Of a stretch of DNA of 64,000 nt, positions 1 to 13,871 are shown in pieces. The stretch comes from Octopus sinensis (Eukaryota): NCBI RefSeq assembly GCF_006345805.1, contig NC_043009.1:28520001-28584000 (forward strand), written 5' to 3'. A program made the position numbers and the translations under genes. Position 1 is the first letter of the stretch. The number at the start of each line of letters is the position of its first letter. The notes under the pieces are model-generated. The model ran no database searches and was not told the origin of the DNA. It saw nothing but the letters and a program-made list of their open reading frames with translations.

Positions 1-259
1 AAAATATTGAAAAAACTTTGGTTTGAGGGGAAAACGCAGTAAAAGGAACGATGTAATTCTTGTATTGAATATGGCCTCTTAAGTGAAGTGTGTCTGAAAA
101 TTTATTTACTTTAGTGTTATGTCTGACGGTGGATTAGAGGTAAATTTAATGATTTTTACATTCAAATTCTATTTAACACAAATTTATATGTTTGTTTAAG
201 AATGACTTGAAAAAAAATTGTTGTCTAGGCAAAATTAATGATGTTACAACCCACTTCTG

Positions 260-318
260 TAACATATATATATATACACATGTGTGTATGTATGTATGTA
301 TGTATGTATGTATGTATG

Positions 319-395
<77 letters not shown>

Positions 396-674
396 ATATA
401 TATACACATATATAATATACATGTGTGTACGTGTGTATAGATTCGGAGTCCCAAGGAATCAGATGTCCTATATATATGTTGTAAGGTTCCCATGTGTGTT
501 TCCAAACACTTCTAAATACAAGGGCATTTTTTTAGAAAAAAAAGCAAACTGCGAATGTAAGCATTGCCATACACAGTATATATGTTTATGTATGCATATA
601 TATTTTAGTATGATGCACATGTATATTAGTGAGTGTGCGAGATAATTGTCTGTGTGTGTTTATGTATTTATGTG

Positions 675-740
<66 letters not shown>

Positions 741-835
741 GTATATGTATGTATGTATGTATTTATGTATGTATGTATGTATCTACGTATGTATGTATGC
801 ATGTATCTATGTATGTATGCATGTATGTATGTATA
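260..835. repeat. Compound (TA)n/(TATG)n microsatellites, representative of many such tracts across the window
   Basis: Directly visible. The same class recurs at e.g. 5750-6000, 8430-8510, 10960-11480, 20380-20560, 20865-21500, 32420-33050, 42720-43290, 43730-44110, 51470-51870, 55290-55750 and 57760-58160. They explain the YI/CV/HT-rich ORFs. Confidence 0.98.
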
Positions 836-1847
836 TTAGGAATAAGGACAATTTTCCTCCAAGAAACCACCAGATTTTAGGAACAAGCAAATATCACAGC
901 ACGATTAGCAGTATCCAACAGAGATAAGCTGCAGGACTGGTGCCTGTAAGGTCTGAGAAACTAGTTTCAAAACAGCCATTTATATATCTATCTACCCCAT
1001 GTATACCTATCCTACATATAGATACATACATATCACACACACACACATATACGTATACATATATATATATATATATGAATATATGTGTGTGTGTGTTATA
1101 TAATATTTATATATGACACATGCTTATATGCACACGTCAGTGGTTATTAAAGCATGCATATTTTATATTACTCATAATTTTGCAAACTATTACTTTATTA
1201 TGCACATAAAAACAAATATTTGTGTGTATGTACATGTGTGTATATGAACATGTGTGTGTGTGTGTGTGTATGTGTGTGAGTGTGTGTGTGTGTGTGTGCA
1301 TGTTAATGCTCATATCCATGCCACACACATATTCATTTATGCATGCTCATAAAATATTTTTAATATAATATCATTTGACTATTTACAGTTAAATATAACA
1401 TGATACCCGTAATTTACATATCACATCAAGTGTATTACCGGGTATATTGCTTGCACACCCTTTGCCATGCATCTACTCACACTCTCACATTGACACATAA
1501 TACACATATTAAAACATAACACACTAGCTGTGAAATAAATTTAATATAATTTAGAGAGTATGCATTTTTGTTCATACATGGTAGGTTATTTTATTCCATA
1601 CTTATAATGATTAAATATGATTCTGCAGACTATGGTAAGAAATTTCCTGTTTCCATTAGTTTCACCACTAATGTTTCCATCTTGAATCTTCTAATATGTG
1701 AAGCTGATAAAGAGAAAATTCCAAATTTAATAATTAAGTTAGTAAATAAAGAAAAAATATTTATCTTAAAGACATATTTTGACAACCATAAGTGAGTGGA
1801 TATATATTATATATATTCAACAAATATTCTTCTTGGACAATCTTTAT

Positions 1848-2990
1848 ATTCTAACATTTCACAGTGCTATTACTATATTTTCACATTCCATGGTATAGCT
1901 ACAATATTTTGCACTTCATAGCACAGTTGCTATTTCCCTACTTTTCATATTTTAGCAATCATATATTTCACAAAACAGCCACTATATTCTAGCTTTCACA
2001 TTACAACTTCCATATACCTACATTCTGCTGTGCAAGCACTATATAGCCATATTTCACAGTGGAGCCCTATATATCCATATTTCACAGTACATTCAATATA
2101 AAACTGCATACCACATTATAGTGGCTATATTCCTAAATGTCACATTACATTGTCACATTTCATAGTACAGTTACTATATCCCCACATTTAAAAGTTTCTC
2201 TCATTATTATATCTACATTTTATGCCACATTTCATAGTGAAAATACTATAGTTCAAAATTTCACAGTGCATGAACTATATCCACACATTGTTCTGTTAGT
2301 CCATCATATTCCAGCATTTCACAGAACAGTCATAATATTCCTACATTTCATAAATACCAGTCACTATAACACCACCTTTCAGGAAACAGATTCAGTAGCC
2401 TTGCATTTCATTGTACAGCAACTCTGTTCTTACATTTCACAGCACAGTCAATCACTATATCCTCATATTTCACAGTACAATGACAATATTTCTACATTTC
2501 ACAGTACAGTGACTGTATCCCTACATTTCACTGCATGGCTCTTATAGTTATATATTTTACTGCACACTTTACATGACCAATGAGAGATTTGATCCCATAA
2601 TCCAAGAGTGGATAGTTCACCTTCTCACACCTATTCATTTATTTCAATATATCAATATGTTCACATTTTATATACGGGCAGTTAAATTCCACACTTTGTT
2701 AGTACAACAGTTTGATCTTACATTTCACAGTATAGTGAAAACATCCCGACTATTACAGTACAGAGACAATAACCCTACATTTCACAGTACATTGAATATA
2801 TGCCCACATTTCGCATTTCAGTCACTACATCCCTTTATTTCACAGATCTCTCACTTTATCCTTCCATCTAACTATACCACTCATCACTAATAAGTGATTT
2901 GATCCCTTAAGCCACGAATTTATAACTCATCTTTTCACATTTAATTCCACACATATGTCACCATTTTATATTCCTCCATTTAAATTCCTC
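1848..2990. repeat. Old degenerate tandem array, unit ~28-30 bp (approx. CCACATTTCACAGTACAGTCACTATAT)
   Basis: CATTTCACAG / ACTATAT-like motifs recur at ~30-bp spacing over ~1.1 kb. Confidence 0.75.
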
Positions 2991-3356
2991 GTTTCACAGA
3001 AAAAAGCTTTTTTTTTTGCTTCCTTTACATCAACCAAATTCTTAAAATTTCTGTTAGGTTTCTTTCTTTTCCCCTTCCTTCCCTTTCTTCCAAGAAGTTC
3101 TATTCAATCAAATTATTTCACATGGAAATGTCAATACCTTCTTAAAAATAAAAATGAAGAATAAAATTGAAGGATGCAAACATTGACTGCAATTGGGAAA
3201 AGGAACAGAAAAAGCATCGTTAACCTGTGACTTTTGCCACTTTGGTCTTTGAGCTCTCAGTCCTACTTGCACTGGTTGATTCTGTGAGAGCAGACAGCAA
3301 CCTCTTGTCAGATTATAAATACTACTATTATTATTATTGTTGTTGTTGTTATTCTT

Positions 3357-3805
3357 AGAAGCTGGCAAGCTAGCAGAATTGTTAGCATGCAGGGTGAAAT
3401 GCTTTGTGGTATTTTGCCCATCTCTAGATTCTGAGTTCAAATTCCACTGTGGTCGACTTTGCTTTTCAACCTTTCGGTGTCGATAAATTAAGTACCAGTG
3501 AAACAATGGAGTCGATGTAATTGTCTAGTCCCCTCCCCACAAATTTCAGGCCTTATGTACATAGTAGAGAGGATATTATTATTATTATTAGAAGGCATCG
3601 AACTAGCAGAATTGTTAGCACACTGGATGAAATGCTTAGCAGTTATTTTGCCTGTCACTATATTCTGAGTTCAAATTTCACTGAGATCAACTTTACCTTT
3701 CATCCTTTCAGGGTCGAGAAAATAAGTACCAGTTATGCACTGTGGTCATATAATTGACTCATCCCCTCCCATAAAATTGCTGCCCTTGTGGCAAATTTGA
3801 AACCA
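3357..3805 (+). mobile_element. Two tandem copies of SINE-like family B (GAGCTGGCAGAATCGTTAGC...GAGTTCAAATTCC...GGGGTCGATGTAAT)
   Basis: Copies at 3357-3560 and 3592-3805 are separated by a short (TAT)n and carry the B-box-like GAGTTCAAATTCC. Other copies: ~4948-5160(+), 7030-7230(+), 17022-17148(+), 24150-24340(+), 35055-35215(-), 35700-35890(-), 40555-40772(+), 52445-52640(-). Confidence 0.85.
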
Positions 3806-3806
3806 A

Positions 3807-3855
<49 letters not shown>

Positions 3856-3883
3856 GTTATTGATATTGTTATTGTTGTTATTA

Positions 3884-3914
<31 letters not shown>

Positions 3915-3919
<5 letters not shown>

Positions 3920-4370
3920 TTAATTCCTCAGAGCTTTTGATCTCACTTGCTCTGATGAATTTGTAGGAGCTGAGAGCATTCTGTTGCCAAAGGTCTCACA
4001 GGATCTCTTTCCATAGATTATAAGACTTGGTACTTCAGTATTAAGTATCATAGAAGATACTCAACACCTAAATACCAATCTCAAATTCCTAGCTATCCCC
4101 ATTTCCTCAATAAAGCAATTTTTTTGTTTTGCAGGGGGTATGCTCTGCCCTCATGTTCTCTCCAGTTTCTCCGACATATTTCTCGAACCCAGTTATTTGT
4201 GCTCAAAGTAACCCAACAACTACAAGGATAACAGTTACTTTCCACATTGCCCACATTCTTGTATTTTCCACCTTTCCCAACTGTTTGTCACCTATTTCCT
4301 GCAATCCAGGTATGGCAATACCTATGATCTTAGTTCACCTATGTGTGCATCCCCAGGTATGACAATATCA
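3915..4370 (-). mobile_element. Decayed 3' fragment of an R4/Dong-like (REL endonuclease) non-LTR retrotransposon
   Basis: The minus strand reads, with stops and shifts, IVIPGD...IAIPG...KVENTRMWAMWKVTVILVVVGLL...FEKYVGE. This resembles the REL C-terminus (D..P.D...K..KY..L...W......PVVVGALG). The 3' end runs into (AAT)n at 3808-3915. Confidence 0.6.
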
Positions 4371-4406
4371 TCATCATCATCATCATCATTATTATTATGT
4401 AACATA

Positions 4407-4845
4407 GGCACAGGAGTGGCTGTGTGGTAAGTAGCTTGCTTTCCAACCAAACAGTTCCGGGTTCAGTCCCACTGCGTGGCACCTTGGGCAAGTGTCTTCT
4501 ACTTTAGCCTCGGGCTGACCAAAGCCTTGTGAGTGGATTTGATAAACGGAAACTGAAAGAAGTCCGTCGTATATATGTATATATATATATGTATATATAT
4601 ATATGTATATATATATGTGTGTGTGTGTGTTTGCGTGTCTGTGTTTGTCTCTCCAGCATCGCTTGACAACCGATGCTGGTGTGTTTACATCCCCGTTACT
4701 AAGCAGTTTGGAAAAAGAGACCGATAGGATAAGTACTAGGCTTACAAAGAATAAGTCCTGGGGTCGATTTGCTCGACTAAAAGGCGGTGCTCCAGCATGA
4801 CCGCAGTCAAATGACTGAAACAAGTAAAAGAGAAAGAGAAAGAGT
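4407..4845 (+). mobile_element. Full-length tRNA-derived SINE, family A
   Basis: A-box-like GGCTGTGTGG, B-box-like GGGTTCAGTCCC, CCTTGGGCAAGTGTCTT segment, internal (TA)/(TG) tract, and 3' end GGTGCTCCAGCATGACCGCAGTCAAATGACTGAAAC. Confidence 0.9.
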
Positions 4846-5177
4846 ATCCAATAATGTGATGATGTAGATTGAAGATATTGTTTGTGTGTGCTAGGGATTT
4901 GTACTGTCCGTCAGGTCACAACAACTACCTCATTATCATTGTTAAGACAGGGAGCTGGCAGAATCGTGAGCATGCTGGACAAAATACTTTGCTGCATTTC
5001 ACCTATCTTTACGTTCCGAGTTCAAATTCCGTTGAGGTCGACTTGACCTTTCATCCTTTCGGGGTCAATAAAGTAGGTACCAGAGAAACGCTGGGGTCGA
5101 TGTAATCGACTAGAACCCTCCCACCAAAATTCAGGTGTTGTGCTTCCAGTAGAAAGGAATATTATTATTATTATTAC

Positions 5178-5212
<35 letters not shown>

Positions 5213-5761
5213 TATTATTATTAATATTATTATTATCATTATTATTATTTATTTATTTATTTATTTATTTACTTATTAGCGACAGATGGTGTAATGAGGA
5301 AGTAAATGAATGATTAAATATTGATGCATGAGATGACACGTATCATGACTGGACATGGAATGGCATCATGAAGTCAGAATCCTCTCTCCGTCATCAAGAT
5401 TAATAGCTCAGTGTATTTAGAATACCTACATTCTTGTCAACAATGTTACCAAGATATTTTGCCGATTCTATACATCAAATCTTTATTTACTTATTTATCT
5501 TTAAAGAAAAAGAAAATATATAAAAATAGAAAGTAATTTTTAAAAAATTTCTTCGGAAAATAATTCAGTAAATAACTAAAAAAGAAATTGATTTTCTGAC
5601 TTTTTTATTTGTTCTTTTTCTTTTTCTTTTTATCTATATTTTTGTTTAGTATTCCTGAAAACGTGACTGATGTTTGGAATTTGGTACTTGGGGGATGAAA
5701 AATACCATAAATGGTAACAAATAAACAATCACAAAACACTACCGAATCCATTGATATATAC

Positions 5762-5805
<44 letters not shown>

Positions 5806-5820
5806 GTGTACGTGTGTGTG

Positions 5821-5851
<31 letters not shown>

Positions 5852-6440
5852 GCAAATATGTCTGTATGTATATGTGTATATATATATATATGTATTACAT
5901 ACATTTATATACACACACACACACGCACAAACACACACACGCACAAACACACACACAAACACACACACACACACATATATGAGTGTGTGTGTGTAAATAT
6001 ATACATAGCTTTATTTTTCTATATATTTCTTTATATTCTAGAGATATCAACAAAAATAAAGAGTCTCTTAAGACCCAAATATAATTAAAAAATAAATAAA
6101 TACATAGATGGAAGGGTCCATGAGAAAGTCCTTTACGTAAATTCTTGCCTGGAAGCAAACACAATCTAATGTGAAATTCTTGTTTTTATATTCTGTCAAG
6201 TGTATCTCTAGAATGGATTCGATAGTTTTTAAGTTGTAAGAGAGGAAAAAGATTGCAGTACAATACTTGTTTTAGTGGAGTATATGCCTTTTATTGGCAA
6301 TTTCAAAGAATTGCAATTATTTTTTTTTAATCTGACACCTTAATTGCTGAAATGGAGGTTCTGTCTATTTCAGTTTCAAACCCTCTCAGAGGCATACCTG
6401 TGAATACACACACACACACACACACAAATACACACAGAGA

Positions 6441-6471
<31 letters not shown>

Positions 6472-6724
6472 GTTTAACGTCTGCATTCCATGCTGGCATG
6501 GGTTTGACTGGGCACTGGTTAGCCACGTGGCTGCACCAAGCTCCAATCTGATCTGGCAGAGTGTCTACTGCTGGATACCCTTCCTGCTGTAGAAATTCTC
6601 CTAGATCAGATTGAGCCTGGTGCAGCCATCTGGCTCACCAGTCCTCAGTCAAACCGTCCAACCCATGAGAGCATGGAAAGCGGACGTTAAACAATGGTGA
6701 GGATGATGATGATGATGATGATGA
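6441..6724. mobile_element. Two family C SINE-like 3' halves fused head-to-head as a foldback
   Basis: Left arm (CAT)n-CGTTTAACGTC...CTGGATACCCTTCC. Right arm CTGTAGAAA...GGACGTTAAAC-(GAT)n. The junction is near 6585. Confidence 0.85.
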
Positions 6725-8355
6725 TATGTATATACATATATATAATAAAGTCAACAGATGAGATCAAGAGAATCTCAATGTATATTTGTTTATGCTTGAT
6801 TGTTTATCCTCTAAAAATTATGCCAGTCCATAAACTGGTCCATGTGAGTCCAAATACTTGAATGTATGCTGAGAGATTGTCTTAGCTCATTTGCCATCGG
6901 ACAGTTGATTTCTGTAGTTATTATCAGTGTATTTTGGTGATTTAAATAAGAGTTTTGACTGTGCTCCAGCATGGCTGCAGTCAAATGACTGAAACGAATA
7001 AAAGAATAAAAGAATACTCATTAAACACAAAGCTTGCAGAAGAATCATTACCATGTTGGGCAAAATGCTTAGTGATATTTTGTCCATTTTTACCTTCTGG
7101 GTTCAACTTCTGCTGAGGTCAATTCGGCCTTCCATAATTTCTGGACTGACAAAAAAAGTATCAGTTGAGAGGAGTAGGTAGGTGTAATCAACCCCACGGC
7201 CGTCCATGATATTGCTGGCCCTGCACCAAAACGCGAAAGGAATAAAAACTGTTTACACCTTCGCCTTTGGATCTTTGTGTTTAGCTTTTGGGATTCTGAG
7301 AGCTTTGCTTCTGATGCCATGGGTGCTGAAACATACGGGTCGATATCAGCTGCTGTTTTCTTAGATTAAGATCAGTGGTGTGGTTATGGGAGATGTGGAT
7401 ATGTGGATATGTGGACAATGGTTAGTCATCCTGAAAAAACAAAACAAATAACTGTACTTGAGTCTGTGATTAAAGGTACAAATGAATGGTCAACATTGAC
7501 CAGTGTAGGGTCTAGTCTGGTGGGACTAGAAATAATGGATAAATTACCCTTACAAGGCAGAAAGTTGTCAACAAACACCCATAAGAGTTGAACCCACATC
7601 CCTAAGGAGACCAGCTGAATGCTTTACCATTAAGCTAAACTGCCCACTGACAACTTATCTACTCATTTTTGACACTAAATAGTTTATTGAACAACTATGT
7701 GTATATATATATATATATATATATACATATATGTAAAATGACATATATATGTGTTCCTCTTCTCCCCCTTACTTCCCTCTTTCTTTCATTAGCTGTTACG
7801 TTTAGGGTCCTTATTTTCTTTTTCTTTCTCCCTCCCTACATTTAAGATATCTCTCTTGTCTGTTATAACTGACTTCTATATGTATACACCAAGAGATTTT
7901 CATACACGGGCATGGTTGCATGCATATATGTATATATGTATATGTGTATTTGTGCGTGCATTTATGTCTTACATATATATGCTTGTATATGTGTGTAACT
8001 ATGTGCATGCATCTGTGTATTTTGATGTATATATGGATATCATAGATGGTCTAATATGGGTATTTACCGTTGTAAAATATTTATGCAATGCAGCATGAAA
8101 ATTTAAATTTTAATCTTAATATATTAATTGACTTATATTTCGTATATCATTATTTACAATATGTATTTTGAATCCACTCTTTCATTAAAGGTTTTCTTTG
8201 ATTTTACAATAGGATGAATATATATTGAATTCATTTATTTTGTTCATTGCATGCTTAAGTTAAGACCGTCAATTGAAAGGACCAACGAAACAAATCCATT
8301 TTTAAAGGTGTATCCTTTAACTAGTTTTGATTATATCGTTATTTCTGTTCCATTT

Positions 8356-8410
8356 TAACAAAACTGTCTGACGAACAGGAATGTGAAACTCTGCGTAACA
8401 GCTTTTGTTA
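8356..8410 (+). ncRNA. Minimal type I hammerhead ribozyme, intact core
   Basis: Stem I TAACAAAA-CTGT (8356-8367) / ACAG-c-TTTTGTTA (8398-8410). Core CTGACGA 8368-8374. Stem II ACA-GGAA-TGT. GAAA 8385-8388. C-TCTGC-G stem III. GUA cleavage triplet 8395-8397. Confidence 0.8.
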
Positions 8411-8434
8411 TATTTCTGCTGTTTTTAAATAAAG

Positions 8435-8504
<70 letters not shown>

Positions 8505-8991
8505 AACATATATAAACTTACATTTGTATTGTTAGAAGCCTTCAAATGTGTATTTCTCGAATGTAACATTGTCATAACATTTTCTGTCTTATGAGGGTAA
8601 TTTACCCATTATTTCTGCTGTTGTAATGGCAATATTACATTTGAAAAATATCACCTTCTTGTTTGTGTCATACAATACGCATCTGAACGCTTCTAATAAA
8701 AATAAATGTAAGTTTGTTTATACACACACACTCACATACACACACACACATATACACACACATATACATAGATATGTATATACCTGTGTGTATGTGTAAA
8801 ACATATATACATGCATTTATACATATATATATGTGTATATATGTATATATATTGGCCCACTTGCTTAGCCAGCAGGGTGACCTCATTCGAAGGCTAAAAC
8901 AATGCAAACACATTGTAACCAGCGATGTGTAACAACATCTGATGGTCTGGTCGGTCATGTGATCTTGTGATGTATATATATACATATATAT

Positions 8992-9368
8992 AGACGTAGC
9001 TCTGTGATAAGAAGCTTGCTTCCCAACCATATGGTTCCAGGTTCGACCCCACTGTGTGGCACTTTGGGCAAGTGTCTTCTACTGTAGCCTCAGTCTGACC
9101 AAAGCCTGTCAGATATATATATATATATGTATATTTCATGTGTGTGTGTCTTTGTGTCTGTTTGTCCCTCTTTCTCCCACTATTGCCTGACAACTGATGT
9201 TGGTGTGTTTGCAAACTTGGTGGTTTGGCAAAAGAGCCCAATAGAATAAGTACTAGGCTTACAAAGACTAAGTCCTGGGGTCGATTGCTTCGACTAAAAA
9301 CTCTTTAAGGCGGGTCTCCAGCATGGCCTCAGTCAAAATTACTGAAACATGTATAACAGAATACAAGA
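8992..9368 (+). mobile_element. SINE family A copy
   Basis: Collinear with 4407-4845. Other copies: ~14405-14562(-), 26007-26245(+), 27908-28460(+, split), 29340-29540(+), 44690-45065(-), 50727-50875(+), 50897-51032(-). Confidence 0.88.
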
Positions 9369-9789
9369 ATATATATTTATAAACATCACCTGGACATGTG
9401 AGGTCAGCATTCAAGTTGCATGGTGACCAAGGTGGTGATGTCATCCAGGCTCCGGAACCATGTCATGCAGACATTGGAATATGATGCAAACTTTGGACAC
9501 AGCAAACCAATCAGACCATGTAGAGAGGGAACAAAGACATTAACTAATGATGATGATGCTGTATATGCATTTATATATACTGATAGACACACATACACAT
9601 ATATACAAGTATATGCATGCCTATCTATGTGTGTGTGTGTGCGTGTGTGTGTATTTGTATATATTTGTATGTGCATGTATACATATATACATATTTATAT
9701 ATGTGTGTGTGTGTGTGTATGTGTGTATGTATACAGATGCATACATACACACACATATATTATAAATAAGTTATTAATTTACAAGTTTA

Positions 9790-10470
9790 ATTAAGATTCT
9801 CTAACACAAAAGAAGTAATTTCTTACCAATGTATACACACACACACACACACACGTTACAATATTAACACATACACAAACACTTGCACACACACACATTA
9901 CACATATTAACATACACATACACACACACATTACAAATATAAACACACACACTTGTACACACACATTACACATATCAACACACACATAAACACACACACA
10001 TTTGCACATACATATACACACACACAAACACACACACATTACACATACTAACACAGATACACACACACTTGCACACACGCATTACACATATTTACACACT
10101 CATACATACACATTTGCACATACAAATACACACACAAACACACACACATTACACATATTAACATACACATATACATGAACCCACACCCACAGACATACAC
10201 ACACACCCACACAGACAAACACACACATGTGCACGCACACACACACAAACACACACACATATTAACACACATGTACACGCACACACACACATACACACAC
10301 ACATACGCACACACACACACACACACACAAACATATTCATGTAAACAAACTGATTAAAGATAACAGCATAACAATTAAACAAACACTGCCAGCCCAACAC
10401 ATCCACACATCTACCCCCACACCTACATACATACATTTACACACACATACACACATACCCTTATACGTAC
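9790..10470. repeat. Complex CA-rich low-complexity array with internal duplications
   Basis: ACACACATTACACAT...CACTTG units recur. Confidence 0.85.
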
Positions 10471-11786
10471 ACTAACATTGAAAACGAAAGTGAAAGTACA
10501 ATTTTAGACAAGTTTGCTATAAAATTCAATAATGATTGATAGCTTTCACGAAATAAGCAGCAAAACGGATAATAAGTATGTGTGAGGAGAGACAAGAAGT
10601 AAATGAAATGAAATTATATAATGATATTTTCCAAATGGAAACGAAATAAACAAACTATAAACACTATATTATTGGCATTATTCTTAAATACAGAAAAAAT
10701 ACTATTTCTGTTGTTGTGATAGAAAGAGAGAAGGATAGAGCCAGGGAGAGGAGGTTGTAATGGGTGTTTGTTGTGTTTGTGTGTAGATGGGTGTATTTAG
10801 GATATATATATAAGGTAATATAAATTGAGTGTAGCTTGCTTTCCCTCCTGCCCCCATCACCCCCTCTCCCTCTCTCTACACACATGTATGTATAGGCTTG
10901 TGAGTGTGTATGAGTCTGCATGTGGGACTGTGGGTGTGTATGTATTTGTCCATTCGTGTTTTGTGTGTATAAATTTGTATATGTACACATATATACACAT
11001 AAGCACACACATTTCCGTATTTATATATATATATATTGTATATATGTAAACATACATATATATACACACACACACACATATGAATATATAATTATATATA
11101 TATGTATGTACCAATGTATATATATATATATGTATGTATGTATGTATATATGCCTGTATGTATATATGTATGTATATATATATTTATATATATATATGTA
11201 TATGTATGTATGCATGTATGTATGTATGTATGTATGCATGTATGTATGTATGCATGTATGTATGTGTGCATATATACACCCACAGCCATCTACATCCACT
11301 CATATACAACTCTAAGTAGAAAAGGGAGAGTTAATACGAAGGTATGGTAGGCATAATAGTTCCCACGTACATCTATGAATGTGTATAATGCATATACATA
11401 CATACATACATACATACATACATGTGTGTGTGTGTGAAGATATATATATATATAGAGACATACATAGATATACACACACACACAGGTGTGTATAGACGTG
11501 TGCTGGGTGTTAAATAAATGTAGAGTAGAATGAAACATTGAAGCATCTTTAATTTAATAAGTATCTTTCATTCATGTTTTCTTTTTTTTGTTGTTTTTAT
11601 TCTATTTTATTTTATATTAAATTTTATTGTATTTTCTTCTTTTGATTTTTGGTTTTGTTTTATCTTATTTTCCTGTTAAATTTTATTTGGAAATACTTTA
11701 TGGAAGGAAATTGTTTCAAATAATTTTCTATCAATAAACAAAACACAAACATTCAAAGATATAAAATTACAACACATGTACACACA

Positions 11787-11821
<35 letters not shown>

Positions 11822-11828
11822 TCATACA

Positions 11829-11916
<88 letters not shown>

Positions 11917-12429
11917 TATATACATATATATTTATGTATGTATGTATATACACACACACACACACATAGACACACACTCAGCATTGTCATATACACATAT
12001 ATACAGATACATACTCTTCGATATATACACACATACACAATCATTGACACACAAACACGTACGCACATTTACACACATTCATACACACTTACACACACAC
12101 ACACACACCCACACACACAAGCAATTATAAAAGTATAAATGACACAGCCACCCTCACCCTCACACACTTTGAAATTAAATTGTTTTAAATAGAGATGGAA
12201 TGTTAAAAATAGCAATAGAAACAACAGCAGAGGAAACAGTAGTAGTAGCAGCAGCAGCAGCCGTTCAAGAATTTGAACCTGGAGATCTCCATTTCCAGCG
12301 ACTTCGAGGGCCACCTCCCATTGGTGTCGGGCATCAACAAAGAGCCCTCAGCTACAACAAGACAACTAAAGTTTTTTTTTTTCCAAGGTCTGCGATCTCC
12401 CACCCCTAAGCCCTAGACCATCACCCTTA

Positions 12430-12700
12430 CACATCTTGTTGCTTAACAACAACAACAACAACAACAACATAACAGCAGCAGCAGCAGCAACAGTAGTGGT
12501 AGTAATGCCAGTGGTGGCGGTGGCGGTAGTAGTACTAGTAGTAGTAGTGGTAGTGGTGGTAGTAGTGGTAGTAGTGGTGGTTGTGGTGGTGGTTGTGGTG
12601 GTGGTGTTGGTGGTTGTGGTGGTGTTGTTGTGTTGGTAATGGTGGTGGTAGTAGTAGTAGTAGTTGTTTTAGTAGTAGCATTAGCAGTTGTTGTAGTAAT
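12430..12700. repeat. Compound trinucleotide tract (CAA/CAG/GTA/GTG/GTT)
   Basis: Directly visible. Confidence 0.95.
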
Positions 12701-12978
12701 TGCTTCTAGCAGATTTTCTACAGCCGGATGCTCTCACTCCCATCAACACTCCCCCTGCTTCCAAATAAGTCAAGGCTTCCTCTATTCCTTTGAATATGAG
12801 AAGCGAAAAGACTGAACATATTTGCATAGAAAACTGCAAATGAACAACACTGCTTGCTTTGCTTCTGTGATGTTGATGTTCATTCCTAATTTGCATACAG
12901 TGTCAGAACAAGACGACATATTTGCACACACATATATACATACATTCATGTATGTGTATATACATACATACATATAAA

Positions 12979-13839
12979 TCATCATCATCATCATCATCAT
13001 CGTTTAACGTTCACGTTCCATGCTGGTATGGGTGGGATGGTTTGACAGGAGCTGACCAGGCAGAAACCCTCACCAGACTTCTGTAACTGATTGGGCAGGA
13101 TTTTTACAGCTGGGTGTTCTTCCTAACACTAACCACTCAGCAGAGTGGACTTAGTGCTTTTTATGTGACACAAGTACAGGCGAGGTCAGGTTTGGCAAGG
13201 TTTTTACTCCTGGATACCCTTCCAAACACCAACCACTTTACAGTGGTACCAGCACTGACAGGGTCACCAAGTACTTGCAAGTACTTTTGAGAGGACAATA
13301 TATATATACACACACATATATATATATATCGTTGCCAGTACCACTTAACTGGCCCTCGTGCTGGTGGCACGTAAAAGCACCCACTACACTCTTGGAGTGG
13401 TTGGTGTTAGAAAGGGCATCCAGCAGTAGAAACTCTGCCAGATCAGATTGGAGTCTGGTTCACCAGACCTCAGGCAAATCGTCCAAAGCATGCTAGCATG
13501 GAAAGCAGACGTTAAATGATGATGATGATATATATATATATATAAAAGTTTGTTTTATGTCAAGTTATATATAAAAACAATTTAATACTAAGCTAAACAC
13601 TTACTCTTTTTAGTACTTTTTAGTAGAGTACATATTTACCAACTTTCATAAGTGAAAAGTTGATGCTGAACTCGTAGTTATGACAGAGCTTCATCAGACA
13701 GTCGGTCAAAACTTCAAAGTCACTGTCAACCATTACCAAATGCATGTACGAGGGTTTGCTGAAAAGTTCTTGGTTTTGGGTGAAAGAAAATATAGGAGAA
13801 AGAGTTAATTATGATTTTATTAAATATGTATGCATGTAT

Positions 13840-13871
<32 letters not shown>

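Noticed and set aside
1630-1703. Possible minus-strand terminal exon (SHIRRFKMETLVVKLMETGNFLP*)
   Set aside because: Supported only by an acceptor. No homology recognised.
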